A stretch of 64,000 bases of DNA from contig JAEVZU010000183.1 of assembly GCA_023392075.1 (NCBI GenBank), forward strand, positions 44,805-108,804, in the 5' to 3' direction. This document shows positions 41,240 to 51,600 of this stretch, piece after piece. The notes under the pieces are model-generated. The model was given only the letters and a program-made list of their open reading frames with translations, did no database searches and was not told the origin of the DNA. This DNA is from Bacillota bacterium (GTDB lineage Bacteria > Bacillota > Clostridia > Acetivibrionales > DSM-1351). Made by a program: the position numbers and the translations under genes. The number at the start of each line of letters is the position of its first letter. Position 1 is the first letter of the stretch.

Positions 41240-42619
41240 CTATCCAACCAGTATTTTAGCCTCCGGATAAACAATGTCGGAGTTTCTTCGTGACGACTTC
41301 AAAGTAAGTGCTACTGCAAAGGAAAGAGGGCCAACCCTGCCAAGGAACATTGTTAAAATAATCAGTATCTTACTGAAGGTACTTAGTGCTGGAGTGATTC
41401 CAAGAGTCAAACCTACTGTACCAAAGGCGGAAGTGGTCTCATATAAAACATCCAGCACTTTAAAGTCGGACTGCACCGATACGATTACTGTCGTTATCAG
41501 GATTACCAATATTCCGCTTAAACCAGCGATCGAGATTGCTTTATTAACAGTGTATTGATGAATTTTTCTTTTAAACAGTACAATATCTCCAGAGCCCCTT
41601 ATCTGTGAAAAAATGGCGATTATCAATACACCCATGGTGGTTACTTTTACTCCGCCTCCGGTTGAACCCGGTGCAGCACCCACAAACATAAGAAACACTG
41701 TAAATACTTTTGAGATTTCCTTCATATCAGCCAGGTTTATAGAGTTAAAGCCGGCTGTTCTGGCAGAAGTGGATTGAAAGAAGGCGGCATTGACTTTTTC
41801 AAAAAAACTCATGGGTCCAAGTGTTTTCGGATTATTGAATTCGGTAGCAAAGAAAAATACGGTACCTGAAATAAGCAAGGCAGCAGTAATGGAAAGTACC
41901 AACTTGGTATGAAAAATTAACTGTTTGTTTTTTCTGAATTCCCAGATATCTCTCCATACCGAGAAACCTAAACCTCCCAGGATTATAAGTCCTGAAATTG
42001 TATATATGACAATAGGATCGTTGTTAAATGGGACTATACTAAGGAATTTACCGTCAACTGCTCCGCTGGTGATATCAAAGCCTGCATTACAAAAAGCGGA
42101 TACTGAATGGAATACTCCCATATAGGCACCAAAGGCTCCGAATTTAGGTACAAAGCTTATTGAAAGCAGTATGGCTCCTGCCAATTCAACAATCAGGGTA
42201 GCTGTTACTATTTTTCTTATGAGACGCAGCACTTCGGAATAACTGAAGGAATTGATTGATTCCTGGGCCAGCAGCATTCCCTTAAGTCCTATTTTTTTTC
42301 TGAGCAAGATTGAAAAAAATGTTGCAAGTGTTACAATACCAAGTGCTCCTACCTGAATCAAGCACAGGATGATAACCTGCCCTATGATGGACCAATACGT
42401 AAAGGTATCATAAATAATCAAACCTGTAATACATGAGGCTGAAGTAGCTGTAAAAAGTGCATCTATAAATGGCGTCCATTCTCCTGATCTCGAGGAAAAC
42501 GGCATAGTTAGGAGTACTGCCCCGGTAAAAATCAGACCGGCAAAGCTTAAGACCAACAGTTTGGAAGGGGCTATACTCAGCAGGTGATATCCCTTTTTTT
42601 TAATTATGTCCTTTTGCAT
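41240..42619 (-). CDS. trkH: TrkH/KtrB K+ uptake membrane subunit
   Basis: ATSASCITGL, SAFCNAGF, RTAGF, GSTGGGVK, SAFGTVGL pore motifs. Confidence 0.93.
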   Translation of the reverse strand: MQKDIIKKKGYHLLSIAPSKLLVLSFAGLIFTGAVLLTMPFSSRSGEWTPFIDALFTATSASCITGLIIYDTFTYWSIIGQVIILCLIQVGALGIVTLATFFSILLRKKIGLKGMLLAQESINSFSYSEVLRLIRKIVTATLIVELAGAILLSISFVPKFGAFGAYMGVFHSVSAFCNAGFDITSGAVDGKFLSIVPFNNDPIVIYTISGLIILGGLGFSVWRDIWEFRKNKQLIFHTKLVLSITAALLISGTVFFFATEFNNPKTLGPMSFFEKVNAAFFQSTSARTAGFNSINLADMKEISKVFTVFLMFVGAAPGSTGGGVKVTTMGVLIIAIFSQIRGSGDIVLFKRKIHQYTVNKAISIAGLSGILVILITTVIVSVQSDFKVLDVLYETTSAFGTVGLTLGITPALSTFSKILIILTMFLGRVGPLSFAVALTLKSSRRNSDIVYPEAKILVG

Positions 42620-42659
42620 CCTTAGTCATCCTTGTTTTCATGTAAAATGAATTATTTTC

Positions 42660-42826
42660 CTAGCAGTATGTAATATCAAAACGTATATTGTCCGGCGAGG
42701 AAAATTTTTTCAGGACAAGGCGAGGTTCCAACGAAGTACTGCAAAGCAGTGCTTTCCGACAACGCAGTTCTGGAGGAATTTAACCGCCGGCAATATATGA
42801 ATTTAGATATTACAGACTACTACTAG
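42660..42826 (+). repeat. MITE-like repeat family A, copy 1
   Basis: Terminal inverted repeats CTAGCAGTATGTAATATC / GATATTACAGACTAC..TAG; colinear with 62475-62640. Confidence 0.8.
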
Positions 42827-42893
42827 TTTTAAAGATTATCATAAATAATATTAGAATTCAAATATGAATTTATTATTCCCATTGAACCACAAG

Positions 42894-42968
42894 CTTGCCT
42901 TGCGTCAGCAAGGCTGCGTCCATCCTCCTCGAAAATTTCCAAAATATCTCAGCGTGAGTTCGGTGATT
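42894..42968 (-). repeat. Repeat family B, partial copy
   Basis: Reverse complement matches 7207-7281. Confidence 0.8.
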
Positions 42969-43072
42969 TTTGAGCGGGAAAATTCACCACTCAAAAACGT
43001 TTTGTACATTATTAATAAAGAGTAGGAATATGAAAGTAAAAATTGTGGAAAATAAATATGATTCAAATTACC

Positions 43073-43227
43073 AAAGTCAATTACGGTTGAAAGCCTTAAC
43101 CTTCCAGGCGAATATTGCTTTTAAGCTAGCTTTCAACGCAGTTTGGGTTTGTTGAATGGTTTTTGCACTTCAGTGGGCTTCAGCCTCAAACCCAAACTAT
43201 CGGCTTTAGCCGATAGTAATGGACTTT
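43073..43227 (+). repeat. Repeat family C, full copy
   Basis: Ends AAAGTCAATTAC / GTAATGGACTTT; colinear with 55525-55656. Confidence 0.82.
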
Positions 43228-43260
43228 TGAACAAATTATTGAAATAAAAGGAGGATTTGT

Positions 43261-43455
43261 ATGCCACTCACAAGTAAGGAATTAATGCTGATTCAGGATA
43301 ATATCAGCATGTGTGAAGACAACATAAAGTACTTGCAGGGTTGTGCCCAGTTAGCACAGGACAGCCAGGTGAAAAACTTGTGCAACAAGCTTGCAAGCGA
43401 TGAAAAAAACAATTTACAAATACTGATGAAGCATATTAACACAGCTGCACAGTAA
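43261..43455 (+). CDS. Small spore-coat-associated protein (ferritin-like, LTSKEL..I.D type)
   Basis: Strong RBS AGGAGG; LTSKELMLIQD..QDSQVKNLC; directly upstream of a Coat F gene. Confidence 0.65.
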   Translation: MPLTSKELMLIQDNISMCEDNIKYLQGCAQLAQDSQVKNLCNKLASDEKNNLQILMKHINTAAQ

Positions 43456-43468
43456 AAGGAGGGAAATC

Positions 43469-43741
43469 ATGGCTAATTTAACTGACAAGGAAATCATGGC
43501 ATCTGTTTTAGGGGAACACAAACTTGCGGCATCTTCATTGACAAATCTGATACTGGAGAGCGTAAGTCCCATGTTGAGAAATGATGCCGAAAGTATTTTA
43601 ACAAAGACGTTTAACGCACAAAAACAGGTTTTCGACATTATGGCTCAAAAAGGCTGGTATTCGGTTCAAAACGCCAATCAGCAGGAAATATCCTCAGCAC
43701 AGCAGAAAGTTAAGGGCATTCAATCTCAAATGTCTCAATAA
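43469..43741 (+). CDS. Spore coat protein, Coat F (CotF) domain
   Basis: LTDKEIM..L...K......ES....LR.....Q..VFDIM.QKGWY; strong RBS; terminator at about 43752-43785. Confidence 0.8.
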   Translation: MANLTDKEIMASVLGEHKLAASSLTNLILESVSPMLRNDAESILTKTFNAQKQVFDIMAQKGWYSVQNANQQEISSAQQKVKGIQSQMSQ

Positions 43742-44072
43742 CCTGTTACTGGAGGCAGTTACTTTATAGTAGCTGCCTTGTTTTATTGTGTAACTTCAAG
43801 TTGGTAACAATTTATTATGAAAAGCATAAAATAATATTGCAGGGGCATAGGAAACATATATCTGCATTTGTACACAGATGCAACATAAGTGGCTTTTGCC
43901 GCCTTTGTTATTTGTTAAGATTTTTATTATAAAGAAGGGCTTAATTCCCTTGAACCCATAATATTAAAAATCTCTTAGTATAATATTTACTTCAGTGTTT
44001 CATTTTAAGGAGGGAAAGTCGTGCAGTTAAATTCATCAAGAATGTCCCAGCGTAACGGAGGTGTGTTTTATT

Positions 44073-44421
44073 ATGAACAAAATAGTAATAAAAGGAGGTA
44101 AAAAGCTTAAAGGTGAAATAGGTATCGAAGGTGCAAAAAATTCGGTACTGCCAATACTGGCTGCGACAATTCTTAATTCCGGAGAGAATATTATTAAAAA
44201 TTGTCCCATGTTCAGCGATGTGGAGGTTATTCTGGATATACTAAAGACTATCGGATGTAAAGTAAAAGTAGAAGATAATGTCGCTATAATTGATTCTTCA
44301 ACAATATCTTCTACAGTTGTACCGGAAAGTCTTGCCTCCGAAATGAGATCGTCAATAATATTAATGGGGCCGCTTCTGGCCAGAGAAGGTAAAGTTACTA
44401 TAAGCTATCCGGGTGGTTGTG
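44073..44421 (+). CDS. murA: murA 5' segment (codons 1-116) of a split UDP-N-acetylglucosamine 1-carboxyvinyltransferase
   Basis: GAKNSVLPILAA, MRSS..MGPLLAR, ISYPGGC. Homology ends at the catalytic Cys, then a short unrelated tail runs to a stop at 44459. Confidence 0.93.
44407..44421 (+). repeat. Left 15-bp direct repeat (attL-like core) ATCCGGGTGGTTGTG
   Basis: Identical to 55775-55789. Confidence 0.95.
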
Positions 44422-44441
44422 TTACTTTAAACTATCTAAGC

Positions 44442-44849
44442 TTATATTCTGTTTTTTAATTCCTGAAGCATTTTTCTAAACTGCAATGCCTTCCTTATTT
44501 TATTTATCAGTACAAATTTATTGGTATGATTCAAAGGTTTTAATATAAAATCATAGATATCATATTGAAAGATTTTCTCCAATTCGTCATTCTCGATTCC
44601 AGATGCTACAATTATCGGGATTTCTTTGTAATATGTCGTTTTGGAAAATTCCTCAAGAAAGCCCTGACCGTCTAAAACAGGCATTACCATATCAAGTATG
44701 ATTATATCCACATTACGGCTTTCTACCATGTCCAGAGCTTCTCTGCCGTTTAATGCGGATACGATGTTTACCCGTTCCTTATACAGATAATTTCTTAGAA
44801 TTGCATTGTCTAGTACATTGTCGTCGGTCACAAGAATAGTACTAATCAT
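44442..44849 (-). CDS. Single-domain response regulator (CheY/Spo0F-like receiver)
   Basis: ILVTDD, IILDMVMPVLDG, FILKP; RBS AGGAG. Confidence 0.9.
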   Translation of the reverse strand: MISTILVTDDNVLDNAILRNYLYKERVNIVSALNGREALDMVESRNVDIIILDMVMPVLDGQGFLEEFSKTTYYKEIPIIVASGIENDELEKIFQYDIYDFILKPLNHTNKFVLINKIRKALQFRKMLQELKNRI

Positions 44850-45139
44850 AAAAACTCCTTTTTAATAAGTTATGGTTATGTAAATTTTATAATATTTATT
44901 AATAATAAATTCTATAAGAAAAATAAAATACCTTTCAATAAATAATTAAAAAAGATGTAAATTTAGGCAAAAAAAATGTTAATAGTTCACAAATATAATG
45001 ACCAAAATTAACCTTTATTGGTTTGCGGCTTAACATAAGGCTATGATATAATGACTTTTGTAACAAAAGCAAAATAAATTTGGCCTATAAAGAGCTTGTT
45101 AGGATCTGCAGCAGGCTCTAAGAAGAAAGTAGGATCAAA

Positions 45140-45739
45140 ATGGGATTTGATATGGAAAATAGATTGCTGACAAAAGCGCGGCAAGGCAACGTACAGGCAT
45201 TTGAGGAACTTTCCGGCAGCTACTATACCAAAGTATACAATATATGCTACAGAATGCTGAACAATCCTGATGATGCATCGGAACAGGCACAGGAGACATT
45301 TATAAAGGCATTCAGATACATAAAGGATTTTAAGGGTAATTGTTCCTTTTCGACATGGATTTATCGCATTGCTACAAATACTTGCCTTGATTTTATAAGA
45401 AAAAATAATAAGAATAAAAATACTGTTTCAATGGAACAGACCACCTTTGAAGATATAACTGTGAAGGACAGGTTGGTTTCAAATATGCCCGGTCCGGAAA
45501 AAATTGCCGAAACAAATGCACAAAAGGCGGCGATAAAAGAAGCTTTGGCAAACATGAATGAGAAAAACAGAATAATAATCATACTCCGGGATTTTATGGG
45601 GCTTAGCTATGAACAAATATCGGAAACACTTGAGACTCCGGTGGGAACGGTTAAATCACGAATAAGCAGGGCAAGGTCCGAATTGCGGGAATTATTATGC
45701 AGGGATAAGGAACATTTATTTACCGACTACGTCAAATAG
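45140..45739 (+). CDS. ECF RNA polymerase sigma factor (SigW-like)
   Basis: QETFIKAF, FSTWIYRIATNTCLD, GLSYEQIS..GTVKSRISRAR. Confidence 0.93.
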   Translation: MGFDMENRLLTKARQGNVQAFEELSGSYYTKVYNICYRMLNNPDDASEQAQETFIKAFRYIKDFKGNCSFSTWIYRIATNTCLDFIRKNNKNKNTVSMEQTTFEDITVKDRLVSNMPGPEKIAETNAQKAAIKEALANMNEKNRIIIILRDFMGLSYEQISETLETPVGTVKSRISRARSELRELLCRDKEHLFTDYVK

Positions 45740-45758
45740 CTATGAAAGGAGGGATAGC

Positions 45759-46997
45759 ATGATTTTCTGTGATAACAGTGATTTATATATTTCACTATAT
45801 ATTGACGATGAATTGGAACAAAGCGATAAAGAAGAGTTTTTAAAACATATTGAAGAATGTCCGCAATGCGCTCAGAAACTCAGGGAAGAGTCTGTTTTTA
45901 CTCAGTTTATTAATGACGAAGAAGCTGTTGAATTACCTGATGACTTTTCTTCATCTCTCCATTCGAAACTTATAGAAGTCAGCAAAAAAGACTACAATAA
46001 TAAAAACAGACTTTTGTTTTTTAATAAAAAAATTATGGCTGCTCTTTCAACGGCTGCCGTGGTTGTTATCTCACTTCTGGCTTTTAAACTGCTGCCGGAT
46101 ATGTGGCAGGGAATGGATAAAACGGGCTACAGTGGAAGTGCGGCGCCTCAGGCGGCAGCCGGTACCGCAGAGAGACAGCTGCAATCGGAGGCAGATACTG
46201 CCGGAAATGCTGATAACGGGTCGGTAAACAGTTCAGCTGCGGCCGATGACAAAGCTGTGCCAAAAACCAATGGTGCGGCAGCAGACAGTACGCAGATTCA
46301 GTCCGAACAGAAGGAGGCTGCTGCCCGAAGCAGTGTCAGCAACAGCAAATTGAAAGGTGTCGTGGAAACTTCCGGCATGGAGGACTTTAAAGTTAAAGCA
46401 TCCGTTAAAACCGATTCGCAGGAGACTTCTGAAAACTCAAGTGTAGCAGGGAATACCGGCAACACTCCGGCAGACGGCGTTGATAACGAATCGGAAAAGA
46501 TAGTAGCTTTTGCCATGTCAGAACCGGCTGATGACAAGAAACCGCTTTATTATAAAAACTATGTAGAATTGAACTTAACTGTCTCACCGTCCGAAACAGA
46601 AGCGGAAAAGCTGAAAAAACTCATGTCGGAGCAGGATGCGGTTGAACAGGCTTCAGGCCTGATGGACGGATTTGCCGCAAACTATGCGGGTACGGTAGCC
46701 TATACGGATTACATTATTCCTCTAAACGCGTATGGTTCCCTAAAGAGTGAGGCATTATTAAAATATAAGCTGGAATTAAAGGCAAAAACTGATATAATAA
46801 AAACTGACGTCACTGAAGAGTACAATAACCTGGAAATTCAAAAAAAAGATACTGAAAATAAAATAAGTGAAGCCTTAAATAAAGGGCAGGATACAACTGC
46901 TCTTGAAGCGGAAAAGTCAACCCTGGTTGAACAGACGGATAAGATTATTGCTCAAAGCGGTATGATGACAGTCAGGATTTTTTTCGTAAAAAAATAA
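45759..46997 (+). CDS. Zinc-binding (zf-HC2/ZAS) transmembrane anti-sigma factor
   Basis: HIEECPQC motif, one TM segment, low-complexity extracytoplasmic region; follows the ECF sigma. Confidence 0.85.
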   Translation: MIFCDNSDLYISLYIDDELEQSDKEEFLKHIEECPQCAQKLREESVFTQFINDEEAVELPDDFSSSLHSKLIEVSKKDYNNKNRLLFFNKKIMAALSTAAVVVISLLAFKLLPDMWQGMDKTGYSGSAAPQAAAGTAERQLQSEADTAGNADNGSVNSSAAADDKAVPKTNGAAADSTQIQSEQKEAAARSSVSNSKLKGVVETSGMEDFKVKASVKTDSQETSENSSVAGNTGNTPADGVDNESEKIVAFAMSEPADDKKPLYYKNYVELNLTVSPSETEAEKLKKLMSEQDAVEQASGLMDGFAANYAGTVAYTDYIIPLNAYGSLKSEALLKYKLELKAKTDIIKTDVTEEYNNLEIQKKDTENKISEALNKGQDTTALEAEKSTLVEQTDKIIAQSGMMTVRIFFVKK

Positions 46998-47012
46998 GGC
47001 TGGAGGGCATTA

Positions 47013-49703
47013 ATGAACTCGGAAAAAATAATGATTGTCGATGGTAACAGCATTTTGAACAGGGCATTTTACGGCTTGAGCAGAAACACAATGCTGGCCA
47101 CCTCGGAAGGTATTCAAACAAACGCAGTATTTGGTTTTATAAATATACTTACCAAATTTCTTACCGAAGAAAATCCAAAATATTTGTGTGTGGCATTTGA
47201 TAGGAAGGAACCAACCTTCAGGCATCTGGAGTACGACAAGTATAAGGCACAGAGAAAGGGAATGCCTGAAGAACTGGCAGTGCAGGTTCCCATTATCAAA
47301 CAGGTGCTGGATGCCATGAATATAAAAAGAATTGAGACTCCGGGCTTTGAGGCTGACGACATACTGGGGTCTATTTCCTTGTGCGCTGAAGAGAACGGCA
47401 TGGAAGCAATTCTTTTAACAGGTGACAGAGATTCCTTGCAGCTTGCTTCACAATCCACAAGGATAAAACTTCCTGTTACAAGAGGAAACAAGACGGAGAC
47501 TGATGAGTACGATTACCAAAAGGTGGTAGAGAAATATGGTGTTACCCCTGGTATGCTTATTGATGTAAAAGGCCTGATGGGAGACACTTCGGATAATATA
47601 CCCGGTGTACCCGGCATAGGTGAGAAAACGGCCCTGGATCTTATTCAAAAGTTTCACAGTATTGAAGAATTATATGAAAATATTGACAAGGTTGAGAAAA
47701 AGGGTGTGCGTGAAAAGCTTGAGGCAAACAGGGAACTGGCCTTTCTCAGCAAAAGGCTGGCCACGATTGAAAGAAAGATGCCTTGTATAACCGACATTCA
47801 GCAATATTTAAGGACAGATTTTGACAGGGAGAAACTTTACAGCATTTTCAAAAAGCTGGAGTTCAAAACTTTTATTGAAAGATTTGGTTTAAGTGATACC
47901 CCGATGGTGAATGTAACCGAGTCGCTAAACATTGAACATGTTGATGTTGACACCGTTGATGAGTTAGAATCCTGTATCGGGGCAATCAAGCTAAGTAAAA
48001 AAATGGCAGTATATTATCATGCCGATCCTTCGGATAACAGGCTAGATGATTTATGTATTTATGCCTGCCAGGAGGAATATGCCCCGGCTGTAATGGTATT
48101 TAACAATGAGTTTACCGCAGATTTGGCTATAAATGTTTTGCGTGAAGTACTTGAGTCAGCAGAAATAAAAAAATACGGTCACGATCTGAAAAAATTAATA
48201 AAATATTGCAAGGCGCGTGGAATTGACCTTAAGGGTATAGCGTTTGATACCATGATTGGCGCATATATTCTTGAGCCAACCAGAAACAGTTACACTATTT
48301 CCGAGCTGGCGGAGGAAAATATTAAAAAGAGTATACTGCCTGCCGAGATTTTGTATGACAAACATGGAAAAAAGCTGCAGCAAGGGTTGGATGTCAATCC
48401 ATCGGCGGTTTGTGCAGCCTGTGTTACTGCAATCTATGAGCTGGCAGAAAGATATGCCCGTATAATAGAGGGCAATGGTCAGCACCAGCTGTTTTACGAT
48501 ATTGAGCTGCCGTTGGTGGAAGTATTGGCTGACATGGAATTGTGGGGCTTTAAAGTGGATATGGAAGGCTTGAAGGCATATTCAAAAGAAATGGATTCAA
48601 GGCTTGTTATACTTGAAAATGAGATTTACATGCTTGCAGGTGAAAACTTCAATATAAATTCACCGAAGCAGCTGGGAATCATTTTATTTGAAAAGCTGAA
48701 CCTGCCTGCGGTTAAAAAAACCAAGACCGGCTATTCCACAGATGCCGAAGTTCTCGAACAGCTGTCGCAGAAACATGAAATAGTTGAAAGAATACTGGAA
48801 TACAGGTCGCTCATGAAGTTGAAATCCACTTATGCCGACGGTTTATTGGCAATACTTGACCCAAATACCTGCAAAATACATTCCAGCTTTAATCAAACTG
48901 TTACGGCTACGGGAAGAATAAGCAGCACCGAACCAAATCTGCAGAATATACCCATAAAGCTGGAAATGGGAAGAAAGATAAGGAAAGTATTTATACCTTC
49001 GGATGAAAATTATATACTGCTGGATGCGGATTATTCACAGATCGAACTGAGGGTATTGGCGCATATAACAGGAGATGCAAATATGATATCGGCATTTAAT
49101 AACAATGAAGATATTCACACTACCACAGCCTCCAAGGTATTTGGTATTCCTGCGGAGGAAGTTACATCACTTATGAGATCGCGGGCAAAGGCCGTTAATT
49201 TCGGAATTGTTTATGGTATTGGTGATTTCAGCCTTTCAAAGGATATAGGTGTAACAAGAAAGGAAGCTAAGAAATATATTGATGACTATCTTGCCAAATA
49301 TTCCAAAGTTAAGGAATATATGAGTGATACAGTTGAAAAGGGTAAGGAACTGGGGTTTGTAACAACACTTTTTAACAGGAGAAGATATCTGCCGGAATTA
49401 AAATCAAGTAACTTCAATGTAAGATCCTTCGGTGAAAGAGTTGCCATGAACACTCCTATTCAGGGAAGTGCGGCTGATATAATCAAGATTTCCATGGTAA
49501 AGGTGTACAATGAATTGAAGAAAAGAAAGCTTAAATCAAGATTGATTCTCCAGGTGCACGATGAACTTATAGTAGAAACGGAAAAATCCGAGCTCCAGGA
49601 GGTATCAGCCCTGCTAAAGCAGTGTATGGAGAATGCCGTGGAGCTGAAGGTCTCAATGACTGTTGATGTAAAGAGTGGTGAAAGCTGGTATGAAACAAAG
49701 TAA
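47013..49703 (+). CDS. polA: DNA polymerase I
   Basis: 5'-3' exonuclease (DGNS..RAFY, EADD, GDTSDNIPGVPGIGEKTA) and Pol A motifs (DYSQIELR, KAVNFGIVYG, QVHDEL). Confidence 0.99.
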   Translation: MNSEKIMIVDGNSILNRAFYGLSRNTMLATSEGIQTNAVFGFINILTKFLTEENPKYLCVAFDRKEPTFRHLEYDKYKAQRKGMPEELAVQVPIIKQVLDAMNIKRIETPGFEADDILGSISLCAEENGMEAILLTGDRDSLQLASQSTRIKLPVTRGNKTETDEYDYQKVVEKYGVTPGMLIDVKGLMGDTSDNIPGVPGIGEKTALDLIQKFHSIEELYENIDKVEKKGVREKLEANRELAFLSKRLATIERKMPCITDIQQYLRTDFDREKLYSIFKKLEFKTFIERFGLSDTPMVNVTESLNIEHVDVDTVDELESCIGAIKLSKKMAVYYHADPSDNRLDDLCIYACQEEYAPAVMVFNNEFTADLAINVLREVLESAEIKKYGHDLKKLIKYCKARGIDLKGIAFDTMIGAYILEPTRNSYTISELAEENIKKSILPAEILYDKHGKKLQQGLDVNPSAVCAACVTAIYELAERYARIIEGNGQHQLFYDIELPLVEVLADMELWGFKVDMEGLKAYSKEMDSRLVILENEIYMLAGENFNINSPKQLGIILFEKLNLPAVKKTKTGYSTDAEVLEQLSQKHEIVERILEYRSLMKLKSTYADGLLAILDPNTCKIHSSFNQTVTATGRISSTEPNLQNIPIKLEMGRKIRKVFIPSDENYILLDADYSQIELRVLAHITGDANMISAFNNNEDIHTTTASKVFGIPAEEVTSLMRSRAKAVNFGIVYGIGDFSLSKDIGVTRKEAKKYIDDYLAKYSKVKEYMSDTVEKGKELGFVTTLFNRRRYLPELKSSNFNVRSFGERVAMNTPIQGSAADIIKISMVKVYNELKKRKLKSRLILQVHDELIVETEKSELQEVSALLKQCMENAVELKVSMTVDVKSGESWYETK

Positions 49704-50301
49704 CAGCTCCATAGTACTGGGTGTGACCGGCGGAATAGGCAGCGGTAAAAGCACCGTAAGCCGTATCCTGCAGGAAATGGGAGCGGTAGTTATTGACGCG
49801 GATAAAATCAGCAGGGATGTGGTAATGCCGGGTGAAAAGGCTCTGGAGGAGTTGACAGAGGTATTTGGCGAAGATATACTTGATGCTTGGGGGCAGCTTC
49901 AACGTAAAAAGCTGGCCCATATGGTTTTTAACGATAATGAAAAGCTGCAGAAATTAAACGGAATTTTGCATAAATATGTAGCACAGAGAATAAATGATAA
50001 TGTGAAAGAACAGCAGTTAAAAAAGACACAAATCATTGTTATTGATGCTCCAATACCTATAAAGACAGGTTTTCTGGATTTGTGCCACAGGGTTTGGACA
50101 ATTACGGCAGACAGGGAGTTGCGTATCAGGCGCATCATGGGGAGAAATGGCATGTCCTATGACGAAGCCGTCTCGAGAATAAATTCCCAGCTTGACGAGC
50201 AGGAATATATAAAAATTGCCGATACTGTAATATATAATAACGATGATTATTCTCTATTAAAAGAGGACGTAAAAAGTCAATTGACCGGGCTGTTAGGGTG
50301 A
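49690..50301 (+). CDS. coaE: Dephospho-CoA kinase
   Basis: GVTGGIGSGKST, IDADKI; overlaps the polA stop. Confidence 0.95.
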   Translation: MKQSNSSIVLGVTGGIGSGKSTVSRILQEMGAVVIDADKISRDVVMPGEKALEELTEVFGEDILDAWGQLQRKKLAHMVFNDNEKLQKLNGILHKYVAQRINDNVKEQQLKKTQIIVIDAPIPIKTGFLDLCHRVWTITADRELRIRRIMGRNGMSYDEAVSRINSQLDEQEYIKIADTVIYNNDDYSLLKEDVKSQLTGLLG

Positions 50302-50305
50302 TTTT

Positions 50306-50887
50306 TTGAAAAAAAGGAAATTCTCAGGCAAATTTAAAACATTTATTATATTTTTGATTCTTGTACTTTTGATTGTATTTTCAATTACCGCTGTAAAATA
50401 TGCGCTTTATTACATGTATCCTGTGTCCTATTCGGAATATGTTGAAAAATATTCTGATGAGTATGATTTGGATAAGCATCTTGTTTACTCCATGATTAAA
50501 GCAGAGAGCAGTTTTAATCCTAATGCCGTTTCACCAAGAGAAGCAAAAGGGCTTATGCAGATCATGGACAGCACGGGAGAGTGGGCTGCTGAGAAAATAG
50601 GGCTTGAGGATTTTACCCCGGCACAGCTGTTGGAACCTGAGACCAATATAAACATAGGCTGCTGGTATATTGCCAGACTGCTGAAACAATACGATCAGGA
50701 TACACAACTGGCCCTGGTAGCCTATAATGCCGGCAGCGGCAATGTTTCCAAATGGCTGAAGGATGAAAATGTAAGTAAAAACGGTAAGACCCTTGACAGA
50801 ATCCCATTTGAGGAAACAAGAAATTATGTGGAAAAAATTAATAAATATTTCAGCATGTATAAAAGGCTTTACGACAAGGATAAATAG
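50306..50887 (+). CDS. Lytic transglycosylase (SLT domain), membrane anchored
   Basis: IKAESSF, AKGLMQI, AYNAG, ETRNYV. Confidence 0.93.
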   Translation: MKKRKFSGKFKTFIIFLILVLLIVFSITAVKYALYYMYPVSYSEYVEKYSDEYDLDKHLVYSMIKAESSFNPNAVSPREAKGLMQIMDSTGEWAAEKIGLEDFTPAQLLEPETNINIGCWYIARLLKQYDQDTQLALVAYNAGSGNVSKWLKDENVSKNGKTLDRIPFEETRNYVEKINKYFSMYKRLYDKDK

Positions 50888-51029
50888 TGTTATTTTTATA
50901 ATAAATACCCTCTGTTGCAATAGAGGGTAATATATCTTTTAATAAACTTTGAGTGTAAAAATATATCGGTTGAGTCTTAAATTATAAGCCTTAACCGGTA
51001 TTGCATTACGCCGGACATGGAGGTTAAAA

Positions 51030-51386
51030 ATGAGCTCATTCCTTTTTGAAAGAGACCTGTTATACCCCACCGACAATATTCTTGATCCGGGTATATTGCA
51101 TGTTAAGCTCCTCAATCCCAACAATACAAAAATACCGGTTGTTCTCGAACCTAAATCCAATCATTCTGTTGTAAAAAATATGGATTCTGTGCTGGAACTT
51201 TTACAGAAGGACATCTTCGACAGAATAAACATCAGAGTCAGTGACAATACCCAGGTGTATATTTTGCTCAACGGTCCGGACAGTGAAGTTTACAGCGGCA
51301 CCAAATGTCTGAAGGTCGTATTTATGGGAATACATGAATTTACACTGGAACCTGTTGACGACGAAGAACATTTAAGTATACTGTAA
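51030..51386 (+). CDS. Hypothetical protein (118 aa)
   Basis: GGAGG RBS and clean ORF; no recognised motif. Confidence 0.65.
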   Translation: MSSFLFERDLLYPTDNILDPGILHVKLLNPNNTKIPVVLEPKSNHSVVKNMDSVLELLQKDIFDRINIRVSDNTQVYILLNGPDSEVYSGTKCLKVVFMGIHEFTLEPVDDEEHLSIL

Positions 51387-51600
51387 AGTACCATGCTTTA
51401 AATCCCGTATTTGCTGCCGGCCTGACCGGATTGGCTGTGACGAAATGCGAAGCTGCGCTAAAGTACGCCTGAAATTACAGCAAAAACGTCTGCTATAAGC
51501 TGTACAAATTTCAGGCATGTACTTTGTTAGCGATCTATTTATTAAAAGCGTTACGGAAGTACTTTTGCAATATTTTCATTTATACCGATTCTATATCGCT

